From Tubulanus polymorphus (taxonomy: Eukaryota > Animalia > Nemertea), in assembly GCF_964204645.1 (NCBI RefSeq), contig NC_134025.1, positions 15,066,001 to 15,130,000 on the forward strand: a stretch of DNA of 64,000 nucleotides, in the 5' to 3' direction. A program made the position numbers and the translations under genes. Of this stretch, positions 48,840 to 61,318 are shown one piece after another. The first letter of the stretch is position 1. Each line of letters starts with the position of its first letter. The notes beneath the pieces were generated by a model. That model did no database searches and had not been told where the DNA came from. It worked only from the letters and a program-made list of their open reading frames with translations.

Positions 48840-51800
48840 TTAACACGTTAGAATTCTTTTCATTATCTCGTTCTCTTTTGTTTCTTCTCTTTTAAATTTT
48901 AAGTATTCATCTAAATTACAACCATAAGCAACTGTATGAATTCCATCTAAAATATATCTTTTATCATCAAATGGGTTTAGACTTATCTTTTCAATTTCTT
49001 CAATCAACATTTCATGATCTTCAGATCTTAAACATCTCATCTTATGTTTTCTAACTTCTTCATTGAATATACAATTGATGTAATCTTTGAAATGAATATT
49101 CTTTTCTACTACACTTTTGGTTATTCCTTAGCTTAACTTTTTAGCTTCATGTTCTTAGTTTTATATGAATACATTTTAGATCTAATACCAATGAATTCAA
49201 TCATTTCTTCACCACCTAATTCATGTTTGAATTTACCGGGAACTTTTTTATTATCATTGCTAAACAATTCATGATTTTTAGGATAGTTACTAAAATCAAA
49301 ATGATGTTTTAATGTTTTTAAATCATCTGTTATGTTATCAGTTTTTATCTTTAATATGTAAGAATCTGTATCAAAATATAATATTTCTATATGTTTTTCT
49401 CCAAAAAGTGGTTGTAATACATTATAATAGAATTCATACATTAGTAATTTTGATAATTCTAAAACTGAAGCGCCAACATAGATTGGTTTATTAAATTTCA
49501 TTGATGTTCTTCTCATTTTAACTGCGGCTAAATTTTCTTCAAATATTCTGTTACCTAAAAACTTAGGATATGATTGTAAATGTCTAATTCTTTTACCATT
49601 ACTAACTAACTCAATATCATTTCTATTTCTAATATTTTCACAAGTCTTACCATAGAATGCATTATTCATTAACTTGAAGAAATCTTTTTCGAAATCAGTT
49701 TTAGCTTTAGTTCTCTGTTTGGTGTTAAAATCTATATATTTTTCTAACCACTTAGATTGATTGAATGAAATATATCTATGTACTTTTTTTAGAACCATTC
49801 CTTGATTTAGATAAAACTTTAACATTCTATAATGTACTACATAATTATATTTATCTTCTTGAGTTACCATTAACTTTTCTGTATGAATATGATTTTCGGG
49901 TTTAATTCTTTTTTGATAATTTGATAATTCTTCATGAGTTACAGTTTTATGTTCGGGACAGTAAGCTAGATTTCTAGATTTAAATTTAATATGTTCAGGA
50001 TATTCCAAATCTACAACAAAGAAGTAACCAGTATCTGAATCATCTGCAATATCTAGAATTCTTTTCTTCCAATCAAATTTATCATTATTTTCATTCTGTA
50101 AAACTTCACTTATTTCAAATACTCCATAAGGTTGTGGTTCCATCATTGCCCAACCATACAAATTATTTGCATCAATATATAATAACTTATATCCAGGGTT
50201 ATCATTTACATTGAAATATCTATTACCTAATACACCTGAAACACCTCCTCTTATAGATTTTTCAAATAATAATAATTGATCTATATTTGTTAACAAATCC
50301 ATTTTTATATCTGTAAATTTTAATCCACAATCCCATGTTAATCCTGGTGATGAATAACAATGACAAGGATCAATATTGAAATATTTTAGGTTTACATCTC
50401 TAAACCTTTCGAATATATCGGTTAATAATAATACATCTGATTTTAAATATAAATCTACTAATTGCCCATGATTTTCTATTTTGAAATGATTCCAAATATT
50501 CAATGTTCTATTGTAGACTTCATCTTTAACATATTCATTCTTTAATTCATCATAGAATTGTTCTTTTGTAAGTTCAGTTATATTGAAATCATTATGATTT
50601 TTATAGAAAGAATATGGAATTGCGCCTTTATATCTCATTAATGATAAGTTATCTAATGAACTATTTAAAAATCTATATGAATCTATAAATCTTAGGCAAC
50701 CAAATTGGAATGATATATAATTTTCAGATGTTTTAGCTAACATTCTAAATTTATAAGTTGGTATTTTATCTTTTGATCTATTTGAATTTAATATTTCTAT
50801 TTCATTATTAATTTCTTCTATTTTATGACATAACTGTTTGATAAATAAATGTGCATCATATCCTGATAGATTATGAAATATAACTGGTACAAAATTAATT
50901 TTCTTAGCTTGTAAGTTACAATTCTCATGTGCAGCACCTCTAAACTTTCCGTTCAAATGATCATGGTCTCTTATTTTTTTATCTTTATAATTAAATATCT
51001 TTTCACAATAATAACATTTACCTGAAAACGCAAATTCTTCTTTATCTTCTTCTGTCATTATAATTTCTATCTTTGTATTCAATAATTAACTAAATCTTAT
51101 TTCATATTCAATCAATAAGTCACAAAAATGATTAATAACATTTTCATTTCTATAATTATAATATTCACTTTTAATTAGTTCTGGATAATCAGATTTTATA
51201 TATAACCCGAAAGCAGCAGCTGATTGATGAATCTTTTTAATAGTATTTGTTTTTGGTGGTTCATCTGAAAAATCATTTTCATTAGAATTTAATTTCTTTC
51301 TTTTATAATATATTTCTTTTCTATCTTGATCAGTTAGTTCTTTATTTAATGATTCAAAATCTCCATATATTACAAATGGTACTTTATTTTTGTAATCATA
51401 TTTTTTGAATTCTAATATTTTATCTTTTTCATTTGGTAAAACTAATTTACAATAATCATGATTTTCACATTATTGTTTATGATTTAATAATGTACTTTCA
51501 TTACTGAATTTATGTAAACATTTTCTACATAGATATATTTTATTATCAAAATCATTTTCTGATTTAAAAAATAAATCAATTCTTTTAATCCACATATAAT
51601 GATTCTCATAATATAGTATATCTATAACATCATTTGAATCATAATCTTTTGATAGATATAAAGGTTCTAATGTATAATGTTTTATGTTGTTACCTTTTGT
51701 ATTTGGTAATTTGATTAAATCAAATACATTTATCTTTATATTATTATCTCTTTCTATTTTTGGGATGTTTTTAATTATTACAGGATACTTATCTATCTTA

Positions 51801-52816
51801 TAATTATTTTCAAATGGTTTATAATGAGTTAATCTATAAGTATGTTGATTATAATCTTCAACTGGATGTAAACAACTTATTATAGCCCATAGAAAACATT
51901 TATCATCTTCATTTTGTACATTTATAACAGCATTAGTTTTAAATGGTAGTTTAATATAACTTGTTCCATTTATACTATCATCTTTATAATAAGATAAATT
52001 ATTTTCATCTATTGGTTTCGATTTAGTTAACTTATTATATTTTGTGTTATAAACATGTAAAGTCATAAATATTATCTCATCAAATATTAAACCAGATCCT
52101 TCAAAATATTTCTCTTCTATTTTAGTTTTTACTTCATTATAACATTTATCTAATTTATCATCTATATGTTGTTTAGATATAATATGTTGTGAATGAGAAT
52201 TTATATTATATATTGGTTTATCTTCAGATTTTATAAACTTTACTTTAACTGATATACTAATTTTAGGATATTCAACATCAGTAATTATTTTTATTATTTC
52301 TTTCATATTTTCTAAATGTTTTTTATTTTCTTCTGATGTTTTTCCTTTATGAAATTTAAACTCAATAGCTGCTGGGCCAATATCACTTTTAAATGCTTCG
52401 GTTATCTCTATATCTTTTTTATTATCTAATGAATTAATATAATTTCTTACATCTTCCATGTATGGTCTTTTATTGTTTAATTTATTTTTTATGCTTTTAA
52501 TTGTCTTCTGTTTCTTATCATTATCTTTATCAAAATAATCTTCACCTAAAATATCATTATTCATATTTCTAATATGACTTTTAGATTTTAAATGTTCTTT
52601 ATAATATCTTTTATCACTGAATGATTGATTACATGTGTCACATTTGTATGTTTCTTTTTCATTCTTTAATTCATCTAATTTAGTTTCTAATATATCATCT
52701 TCATATTCTAGTTTCAATTTATTCTCTAAATGTGTTTTAGTTTTATTGTGTCTTGCTTTTTGGGATTTATCTATATTGATATTACATGTTGGACAGTAGT
52801 ACTTATTTGCTTCCAT
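48840..52816 (-). pseudogene. polB: Protein-primed family B DNA polymerase with Zn fingers, OTU-like protease and endonuclease VII-like domains
   Basis: DDKCFLWAI..HYMWI, YGDFES, CYYC..DHDHLNGKFRGAAHENCN, FHNLSGYD, YIDANNLYGWAM, KLMNNAFYGK and YFDTDS. Has a stop at 51470 and a frameshift near 49135. Confidence 0.95.
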
Positions 52817-53005
52817 TTTAATACTAAATTTTTTATTAAAATTGATTTTAGAAGTTCAATGATTTAAATGTTATTCATTTATATGAATATTTTAAGAGTA
52901 ATAGGGAATATCTTGTTTCAGGTTAAAGGTTGAATGGTCGAGTTCATTAAAAACATATATTAAAAGTAATTTAAAACTATAAAATATTTTCATAACCGTG
53001 TGCAT
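52703..53005. repeat. Right TIR of Polinton C, truncated inside the hairpin
   Basis: Reverse complement of about 29185-29487. Only the inner arm (52897-53005) remains. Confidence 0.9.
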
Positions 53006-53146
53006 AGATAGATTTCATAGATTTCATAGATTATCAAGTGAAGACTTAGAATAATTATGTTCTGGAGATTTCTATTTCGTATACAAAGGTAAGAATGAAA
53101 AAGGGCACCATGAAATAGATTTCGAATAAGAAAATATGTAAAATAA

Positions 53147-53902
53147 ATGGCGGAATTAAAAGAATACAGAATATTTGTTGATTCAAGAAAACTTACAAAT
53201 TATAAATCTCATAATTTACTAGTTCAATTAGATAGAGAATTTAAGAATTGTGTAGATTTAGAATTAGTTAATATAAGTTTATGTAATTCTTTTTATAATA
53301 TATCAGATAAAACTTTTGAACATAGAGGGTTTATGATTTATATGAGAAATAAAGATAAATGGTTTCATATATTTTTAAAACCAGGATTATATAATTTAGA
53401 ATCATGAGCGCAGGAAATTAATAGAAGAGCTCGGTTGAAAATCGGGGGCACTTCTGTATTTGAAATTAAATTTAATAAAATTGATAGTACTAATAAAATA
53501 AGAATAAAGATATCTAATGAACAACATAAATTTATGGTAAACAAACCACTGGCTAAAATGTTAGGAATTAAACCTCTTACAGTTACTGGAAACGCAGAAG
53601 GCAGCTCAAATATAATACCTTTTACACACTTTTATATTTATTGCAATTTAATCGAGCCTACAAAAACTTTCGAAGCAACTAAAGAAACAATTTGTAGTTC
53701 TAGTATGCTAAATATTTTACCGCTAAAAAATGTTAAACAATTTGGAACTCAAATAAATTATAATTTAACTGAATGTGATTTTAAACCTTGCATTCCACAT
53801 TTCAATGATTTCAAATTAGAAATAAGAAATCATAATGGTTATTTAATTGATTTAAATAACTTTCCTGTGATATATGAATTAGTTATAAGATGTAAAGAGT
53901 AA
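53147..53902 (+). pseudogene. Minor capsid protein (penton), copy D
   Basis: Homolog of 47704-48451 with an in-frame TGA at 53405. Confidence 0.78.
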
Positions 53903-54430
53903 TTTTTTTGATATATAAATGAATATAACTGTTGGGCCGAGTATATGTTTTGGGTTTGATTTTAAACATGAGAAAGAAATGAAATTTAACGTTAATGATG
54001 TAATTACACATATCAAAAATATTGCATTTTCTAATGAATTTAATTTAGTATTAAAGATGGGGAAACATAATTGGTTACAATAATCTAATTAAAACTGCAA
54101 CAATAAATAATTCATTTGGATTAAATGATATAAATAAAAAGATTATTACTGCTCCAAAATTAATGGAAGGTGAAAAAAATAAAAAACACATTCAATCAAC
54201 TGAAACTAAAACTAATAATATTAAATTAAATAATGATTCTAAAATAAAAGATTACAATACATCAGAAGATATAAAAACTGATAATGGTGCCGTATGGCAC
54301 CCACAACATGACATAATTAAACTAAATGATGATAATAAATCCCATGAAAATACTAAATTAGCTTTAACTTGTATAGGAATTGTAATCGGAGGAATATTAT
54401 ATTTTAAAGTTTAATTTTTTTATTATGTTA

Positions 54431-55890
54431 ATGGATGTAGAAGGTGGAGAAGATTATGAAATGGGAGAAATGGGAAATAATAATGAATGATATATTGATG
54501 ATGATTATAATGATGCAGGTGCTAATCGTAATGAAACTAATATTGATGATGGTAATGAATCAGCATATAATTCTAATTTAGCAGATAGTGGTTCTAAAGC
54601 CCCATCAACAGATGAACATGATAGAAGAACTAGATCGAGAATACCTCCTGAAAATTTAAATCCAGATTTAGAAAGAGAAAATTTTGAAAATTATGAATTT
54701 ATGTATGATTTTCAACGTGTATTTAAAGATTCTGGATATAATATAAATGATAGAGGCGCCAGACTTTTAGTACAAGATTTAAAGTTTTTAGATGGTGAAT
54801 ATCATTATAAATTGAAAGATGATTATTATATTAACATCTCTTATAAAAATCAAGACAAAATATTAGCAAAATCAACTTTGCTTAATTTAGACCTATCTAA
54901 AATTAAAAGAATAAGAAATAGTAATGAACCAGAAGATGTAACACAAGAATTAACTGATAAAAATAAAAGAGTATTTAAACAAAGAATTAATAAGTTATTT
55001 GAAACAATCAAAGATAATCCAGAAACAGAAACAACTTCTGAACAGAATAAAACTTCCAAAACTAGTAAACTTAAATCAAATAAAGTTCCAATTGAAAAAC
55101 TTTTACCGAATGGATTAATTGATGCAACAGATCAAGAATTAGAAGATTTAGATATATTTTCTGATAAAGCAATTAGAGAAATTGAAAGTATAAGACATGC
55201 ATCTGATAAAATTGCGCATGATAAAAGTATAAGAGATTTAAAAATTAGAACTTTAGAAGATGAATTATTTAAATCAAGAAAAGAATCGGAACAACTAAAA
55301 TTAGATAGAGATAATAAAGTTATTGAAGAAATCGAATTTAAAAAAAGAAATGCGTATTTAGAAAAAGAAAAAGATGATTTAGAATATAACATAGAATTAC
55401 AAAAAGAAGAAATTAAATTATTATTTAAATCATATGATTATAATATTAATAGATTAAAAGTTGTTGTTAAAGATTTGTTGATAAAACCAGATTCTAAAAT
55501 ATCATTAAAAGATAGAATAAAATTATTATTTAAATTAGAAGGAATAACAATTCTTTCAATTCTAACAGCTGTAACTATGTTATTTACAACAATTGGTTTA
55601 GCTGTATATAATTCATTGAAATCTACTCCTACTCCAAATAAACCGGATAAACCCCCAAATGATAATAATTCTATACAAGATAAAGTTAAAGATGGTTTAA
55701 AGAAATTAGCAAAATATTTATGGGAACTATCTAAAAAATCTGCTTCAGCATTGCCAGGAGTTATTGCATCAATTGTTGGTTTTATATTGAAATCTGCAGG
55801 AAACATTATTAACTTTGCTGCTGAACATATTATTTTATTTTTATTACAGTTGTAAGTGCTATTATTTTTGGATTAGTAAACATGATAAAA
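54431..55890 (+). pseudogene. Coiled-coil/TM protein, copy D
   Basis: Homolog of 37304-38758. An early stop is followed by ORF 54701-55855. Confidence 0.78.
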
Positions 55891-55919
55891 AATAAATAAT
55901 TAATTTTTTTGTTAAATAA

Positions 55920-56703
55920 ATGAGTGGGAGTTATATCAATCCTTCTAAGAATCATAGAATATCTAATGCTATGAAAGCAGAAAGATCACATCATATAATT
56001 ACTCATAACCCTTCTAATATTAATCCTGATGAAACTTTATATGTTAGAATCCCTCGATTAACACAAAATACTTTTTATGTTCCAAATAGTATTTATTTAT
56101 CAGCCGATATAAAAGTAACTGGTAATAATAATAATTATGTTGTTGATAATGTTGGAAGATATTTGATTAAAAAATTAACAATAAAGATCGGCCCAGAAAC
56201 AGTTTTCTCATTAGATGATTATAATTTATTTATGCATTATAAAGATTTATGGTTAACTAAAGAACATAGAAATAATATGATATTTCAAGGAATCCAATCA
56301 GAAAACCAAAATAAATTAAGATCAGAAGCACATAATGCAATATTAACTAATGCTATAGATAAATTGATAAAAAGTATATATGGAAGCAAATATAAAATTC
56401 CATTAGACTTTGAATTGATAAATAATAATGCGCCTTTATATAAATACGCAATTCAAGAAGATGTTATATTTGAGATAACATTTGCTCCTGTTAATGAAAT
56501 TGTAATATCTAGCGTTAATAAAGATATGAGTTATAAATCATCGAATATATGTTTAGAATATGATACAGTAACTGATGAAAATATTTCAAGTATAATTCAA
56601 ACTAAATACAATCAAGATTTTCATTATTATATGATTATATTGATAAATTTAAAACTGTAACTATTAATACAAATGATGAAATAATTAATGAGAATATTAA
56701 CTT
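55920..56703 (+). pseudogene. Major capsid protein, 3'-truncated, copy D
   Basis: Matches the joined halves of the copy C MCP up to ENIN, then abuts the Gypsy pol. Confidence 0.82.
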
Positions 56704-56709
56704 TATATA

Positions 56710-57625
56710 TAACTCTATAAGGCCTTTTCCGAATTGGGGCCGCGTCCCCTGTGTCAATGACGTGTTTGGCTAAGTCAGTTTTACCAAGTTCGTCCGGTGT
56801 TCGTGCAAAAATGTCCCGATACGATCGTATTAGTTCAAGAAGTTTCGCTTTCTGTGATGCAGAAAGGTCCGAGTCTGACATATCTATTTCCGGTATCCCA
56901 ATGTCAGCAGATGTCTGAGGGTAGTCCACATGTGTGACAGACACCTCTGGAGGTCGGTTCAGCTGTCCCGAATTCCCTTCATTCTTCAGGGATTGGTCAA
57001 GTGACCACCCATCTGTCCATAAGTGGCCAAGACACATATCCCCATAGAGGGTGACATGTCGTGACGTGGGATTCCTGACCCGAACTGGAATGCCTGATTG
57101 CGTAACGTCGACAACTGACCTTGCACTCATAAGATCATGTGCCCTTAATTGATTTGCCGGCTCAAAGACTGCCACCGATGCTTGTGTCCTGTCAATCGAA
57201 TATTTTCCGTCTATGATGACCTCACATGAGGGGGGAACGACAGTCATTCGCGTAACCTTGACGGACGAAGACTTGCCCAAATTGACAGTATTGTTGAAGT
57301 AAATTGCATCGGCCCCTGGTAACAAAAGGACCTTTCTTGCATAACCAATAACTGCCTGGTTTTGTTCTAAGAAATCAGCTCCAAGAATTACATCAAACGT
57401 GATACCGTCTACCACGTACATAGAGTGCGTAATTTCCAAATTGCCTAACACAAAATCCACAGAAATAACTCCTCTCAGGTCAAATTTAGTTCCATCTACC
57501 CAACGGGCAGATTGGAATTGACCGACCTGCAAAGGGCCATTTAATATCTGAGGATGAGTCGTAAAATAATCGTTCGATAATACAGAGATTTCGGCGCCCG
57601 TGTCGATCAAAAACTTAACGGTGTC
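56710..57625 (-). pseudogene. pol: Gypsy pol N-terminus: aspartic protease and pre-RT linker
   Basis: LIDTGAEISVL, ILGADFL and ELGKTDLAKHVIDTGDAAPIRKRPYR. Confidence 0.9.
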
Positions 57626-58761
57626 CCCGAATGGCTACCTGTCACTCGGTTAGCGACAGTTGCCATGATTGACGGGGAATAAACCTCTTGTTCAATAGGA
57701 TTATTCTGACTAGAAAGAGACCCTATGTCGTTGGTTGGCGTGTTACTTAAGTCGTCGTAATAGGTGGAAGTTGTTCCTGACAGTGAATAGTAGGTTGAAA
57801 CTCGGAGTTCGAATCTCCTATTCCAACATTGTCGTTGATTGGCATAATCGGTTTAGACGTGGGGACAACCTGACCTCTGTCCTGTACGTTGGACATTTCA
57901 TTACCGATTGGTTGATGAAAACCGCTGGTATTCGAGGTGACAGGACGATCCTGTTCTTTTTCGAATAACTGACAACAATTTTCCGATGTTGACACCTGAT
58001 TTGATACATTTGATACGACAGTCTCCGTATCATGATGATCATTACGACATTCCGACCGTGAACTGTTATTACTTAAATCAACCGACACTAGGTCACATTG
58101 TACCGCTGATTCGGAAGTTACCGGGTACTTATACTGATCAAGAGTGCGTTCGTGACAATTCAATTGAGACTTCTTATCTCTAAAAAGGTCATCTTCTGCC
58201 GAATCCGTCGGACCATTAACCCCTCTAGGGTGTGACCTATCAACACTAATATTGTCACCCGAGCACGCCATATCTGCACGTACCTCCTGCAATTCAACCG
58301 GATCGCTAAATGTGACCCTCCTGTGTCTTTTTACAGGCTCTCTAGTAACCGACAACTGGGAATTATTCCTCCAGCTGTCCTCAAAATTGGATCCCCGATC
58401 CATATAAAAATTTCCATCAAACGACAACTGGGTATTGTCCCTCCAGCTGTCCCCAAAGTTACGATCTTGAATGTCATAAACGTCATCGGCACCCCACGAA
58501 GGAGTGTGATAATCAATAAACTTATTCAAATGTAAAGGTTCATTGTCATCTAAGTAATCTGCATTACAGTTCCCCTCAGGTTCAAAATAAAGAGAAAATG
58601 AGTCAGCTAGCATGTTGCCCTGATCAAATGACATGTCGAATATATCATCCCTATCGTCCTCAAAATAATCATCAACATCATTAAAATATAATCGTCAATT
58701 ACTGGACTGTCATCGTCATATCTATGATATGAATATGAGTCGTCCCACCAAAGATCACTCC

Positions 58762-59913
58762 TTATCGCCGAATCGGGCGAGAGCTCAGTTGACCATTCAT
58801 TGCGCGACCCCACCCTTGTCGGACTATAGGATGAGGTCTCCGGTCGTTTCCCTGACTAAATGTTCGATTAGCCCCTTGGGAGCCACGCCCAATATTCTGT
58901 GGCCGAAACTGACCCCTACTAGCATTTTGGGGACGGCGATTATCACGCTGAAATGCGTCCCGGTTTGGTGACCTTTGTTGGTCGTAACGCCACGTCGGGC
59001 AATTCCTGGCGTAATGACCAGGGGCGTGACATTGACAGCACACCACCTGGCCATCCTGTGACCTTTGTGACGGGCGGCTTTCGCTATAAAATGTGGCTCT
59101 ATCATTCCGCTGAGAACGGGTAGACTTCTGGATGTCCATAATTTGGCGGAACATGTCCCGTAACTCAGTAATAACGTCACCCATCGCTTTATTTGGTTCG
59201 GTCCCAATTTGCGATACCTTGGGAGACGACAGAGCTTTACGTTGTTCGATATGCTCCGCCATTCTGGCTGCCTCCCATGCATCCCTAAATGTCGTCGGAC
59301 GCTGTGACAACAGGTAGACAGAGATGTCAGGGCGAGAAATGTTAATTAGTAACATCTTTTTCTGGTGGTCCGAAAATTTCAAACTCGAGGCCACACGATC
59401 AATCTCTTCCGCAAACCTATCGACCGGTTGTGTCTCCCCCTGTCGCATCGTCGTCAAAGCCGACTCCTTGACCAAAGCCCACGAGGTGGGGCTAAATTGC
59501 GCGCAAAACGCACGGACAATATTTTCCCAGGGAGTGAAAACTTTGCCACCGGCCGCATCGGTTCCCTGATCAATGCGGAGGTCATTGAATAGAACTAGGG
59601 CTGGGCCAGCCAAAAACCAATATAATTGCTTCTTTTTTGCAATTTCGTCCCAGCCCCTAAGCTCGGCCAAACGACCGAACCCTCTGAACCAATCAGAGAC
59701 GCACTGACTGTCTCGTCCCGTGAATTTGGGGAGCATAGAAAAATTCATAAAAGCGGTGGCCGTGTCCACTTGCTCGCGTAGGCCTGAGAGGGCCTCCAGG
59801 ACTGTGTTATCGTTAACGGGGGAATGACCCTGTGGGACCCCTTCGGCAGGGGGTTGCCCCTGCAAGCCGCTCGCACCGTCCTGCCCGTATGCAGTGCCGA
59901 TTCTAGTAACCAT
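58762..59913 (-). CDS. gag: Gypsy Gag
   Basis: LPKFTG..WF, MRQGETQPVDRFAEEI and the knuckle CQCHAPGHYARNC. It probably continued through the broken 57747-58760 region. Confidence 0.88.
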   Translation of the reverse strand: MVTRIGTAYGQDGASGLQGQPPAEGVPQGHSPVNDNTVLEALSGLREQVDTATAFMNFSMLPKFTGRDSQCVSDWFRGFGRLAELRGWDEIAKKKQLYWFLAGPALVLFNDLRIDQGTDAAGGKVFTPWENIVRAFCAQFSPTSWALVKESALTTMRQGETQPVDRFAEEIDRVASSLKFSDHQKKMLLINISRPDISVYLLSQRPTTFRDAWEAARMAEHIEQRKALSSPKVSQIGTEPNKAMGDVITELRDMFRQIMDIQKSTRSQRNDRATFYSESRPSQRSQDGQVVCCQCHAPGHYARNCPTWRYDQQRSPNRDAFQRDNRRPQNASRGQFRPQNIGRGSQGANRTFSQGNDRRPHPIVRQGWGRAMNGQLSSRPIRR

Positions 59914-59976
59914 AATATTGTTGAAACGGAGTAATTCTAATTATATTTAAGTATTTCTATACTACTATGTTAAATA

Positions 59977-60783
59977 CTAAACTCGATCCTGATGATCGGC
60001 CCAACAAAGCAGCTTTTCCCAAATGCGGTCAATATCCGCCACAGTCAACTCTTCGTTTGACGACGACAAAAGAATGTCGTCAATCCCCTCAAAATTCCAC
60101 GAAAAGGAAGGGCTGGGGACAGACTGCTTCTCTAAAAATGGGCTTAAACACTGACCAGGTGAAAGATCTAATGGCTGGTCAACCGCAGACACACCCAAGG
60201 ACAGGTCCAGTGGGAAAATTTGTACAGATGTGCCCAAAGATCCGCCCAATAATTGCCCAGCTGCAGTTGTGTCAACAGACGATGGTCTATCCGCCAACAA
60301 TGGGGACAGGTCTAATGGCTGCTCTGTGTCCAATGGACGTTCGGCATCCCCTGTAGGTGAATCAGGTGGCACCGAACAACAGCACGAAAAACTCGAGCTG
60401 CCTGAGCAGGTCGAACCAGCCGATGAAGCCCACGTGATAAGCTGGTCAGTCCCTATCGGACTACAACGGTTCGAATCCGTACCCGATGAATTCAGAGTGG
60501 GGAAAGAGGGTGCTGAGGGCGGACAAGTGCACCGTATCCGGTCGTAAAAGACCGCTAGCGTTGAGCACGTGCAGTATAAACAAGTGTCTTGTAACTCAAA
60601 GTCCGTTAGCCGGGAATACGGAGTCCCACTATTGTCCCTAGAAGGTGACCGTGCTGCAGCTATTGATGTCGGAGCTGCGGGTGTCAAGCGCACCGCAACG
60701 AGACACCTCTTTCGGGGTGGGGCACCCAAATAACCAGCGCTACGGCGTTTGGTTGTAACCCTTACCGTTATCGGCCCCGACAT
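59977..60783 (-). CDS. Gypsy accessory ORF with three PLDLS motifs
   Basis: GC-richer 268-aa ORF between AT-rich spacers upstream of gag. Contains PPRKR, a CLYC..CTC cluster, three PLDLS motifs and an acidic tail. Confidence 0.6.
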   Translation of the reverse strand: MSGPITVRVTTKRRSAGYLGAPPRKRCLVAVRLTPAAPTSIAAARSPSRDNSGTPYSRLTDFELQDTCLYCTCSTLAVFYDRIRCTCPPSAPSFPTLNSSGTDSNRCSPIGTDQLITWASSAGSTCSGSSSFSCCCSVPPDSPTGDAERPLDTEQPLDLSPLLADRPSSVDTTAAGQLLGGSLGTSVQIFPLDLSLGVSAVDQPLDLSPGQCLSPFLEKQSVPSPSFSWNFEGIDDILLSSSNEELTVADIDRIWEKLLCWADHQDRV

Positions 60784-61318
60784 AAACAATTGATAATAAT
60801 ATTAATAGAAAGAAAATGTATGATCATCAAGTGTTAAGCAATCTAGAATCCCTCAAAGTCACTCAAAGTAGCCGTATACCCGCGACCTGTCGGCTAACAA
60901 TATGTTGTGATCAGGGATAGCGCACAAACTAAAATCCCCCTGATCCCAGAAAGACGTATCGCTATCGGTTAATCCACCGGGTGGAGGGTTCGAATCCTTC
61001 ACTGGCTGTCCCACAGCCCCGACGGTGGTATTTCCCAACTAGACTTGGGAGCTGGGGCAAGTGTATGTGTTTTATAAACCGTAGCCCCCGCAGTGACCAC
61101 ACTTAAACCCAACCGACATGTATAACTATAGTGAAATATTAAAATAGCAAACCAATTATAAGTTAAATCTGGTTGTATGATAATTAAATCATTAATCAAT
61201 AATTAAATACTTAAATGATAATATTAAAATAATTTAAAAATAGTAATAAATAATTAATTAACAATTAAATACTTGAATGATAATATTAAGAAAATTGACG
61301 CCCTCTAGCCAACTCTAT

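Larger units (their letters stand above)
28890..53005. mobile_element. Polinton/Maverick (adintovirus-like) endogenous virus, copy C, near complete
   Basis: TIRs at 28890-29487 and 52703-53005 (right one truncated). Contains integrase, ATPase, MCP, penton and pPolB. About 17.7 kb after removing the BEL insertion. Confidence 0.95.
53006..56703 (+). mobile_element. Polinton copy D, internal fragment with deletion
   Basis: Contains the tail of the 48469 homolog, penton, MNITVGPS start fused to the 3' part of the 35894 homolog, the coiled-coil/TM gene and the MCP 5' part. Confidence 0.9.

Noticed and set aside
60930-61010. tRNA gene around GGTTCGAATCC
   Set aside because: Only a T-arm is visible; no convincing acceptor, D or anticodon stems.
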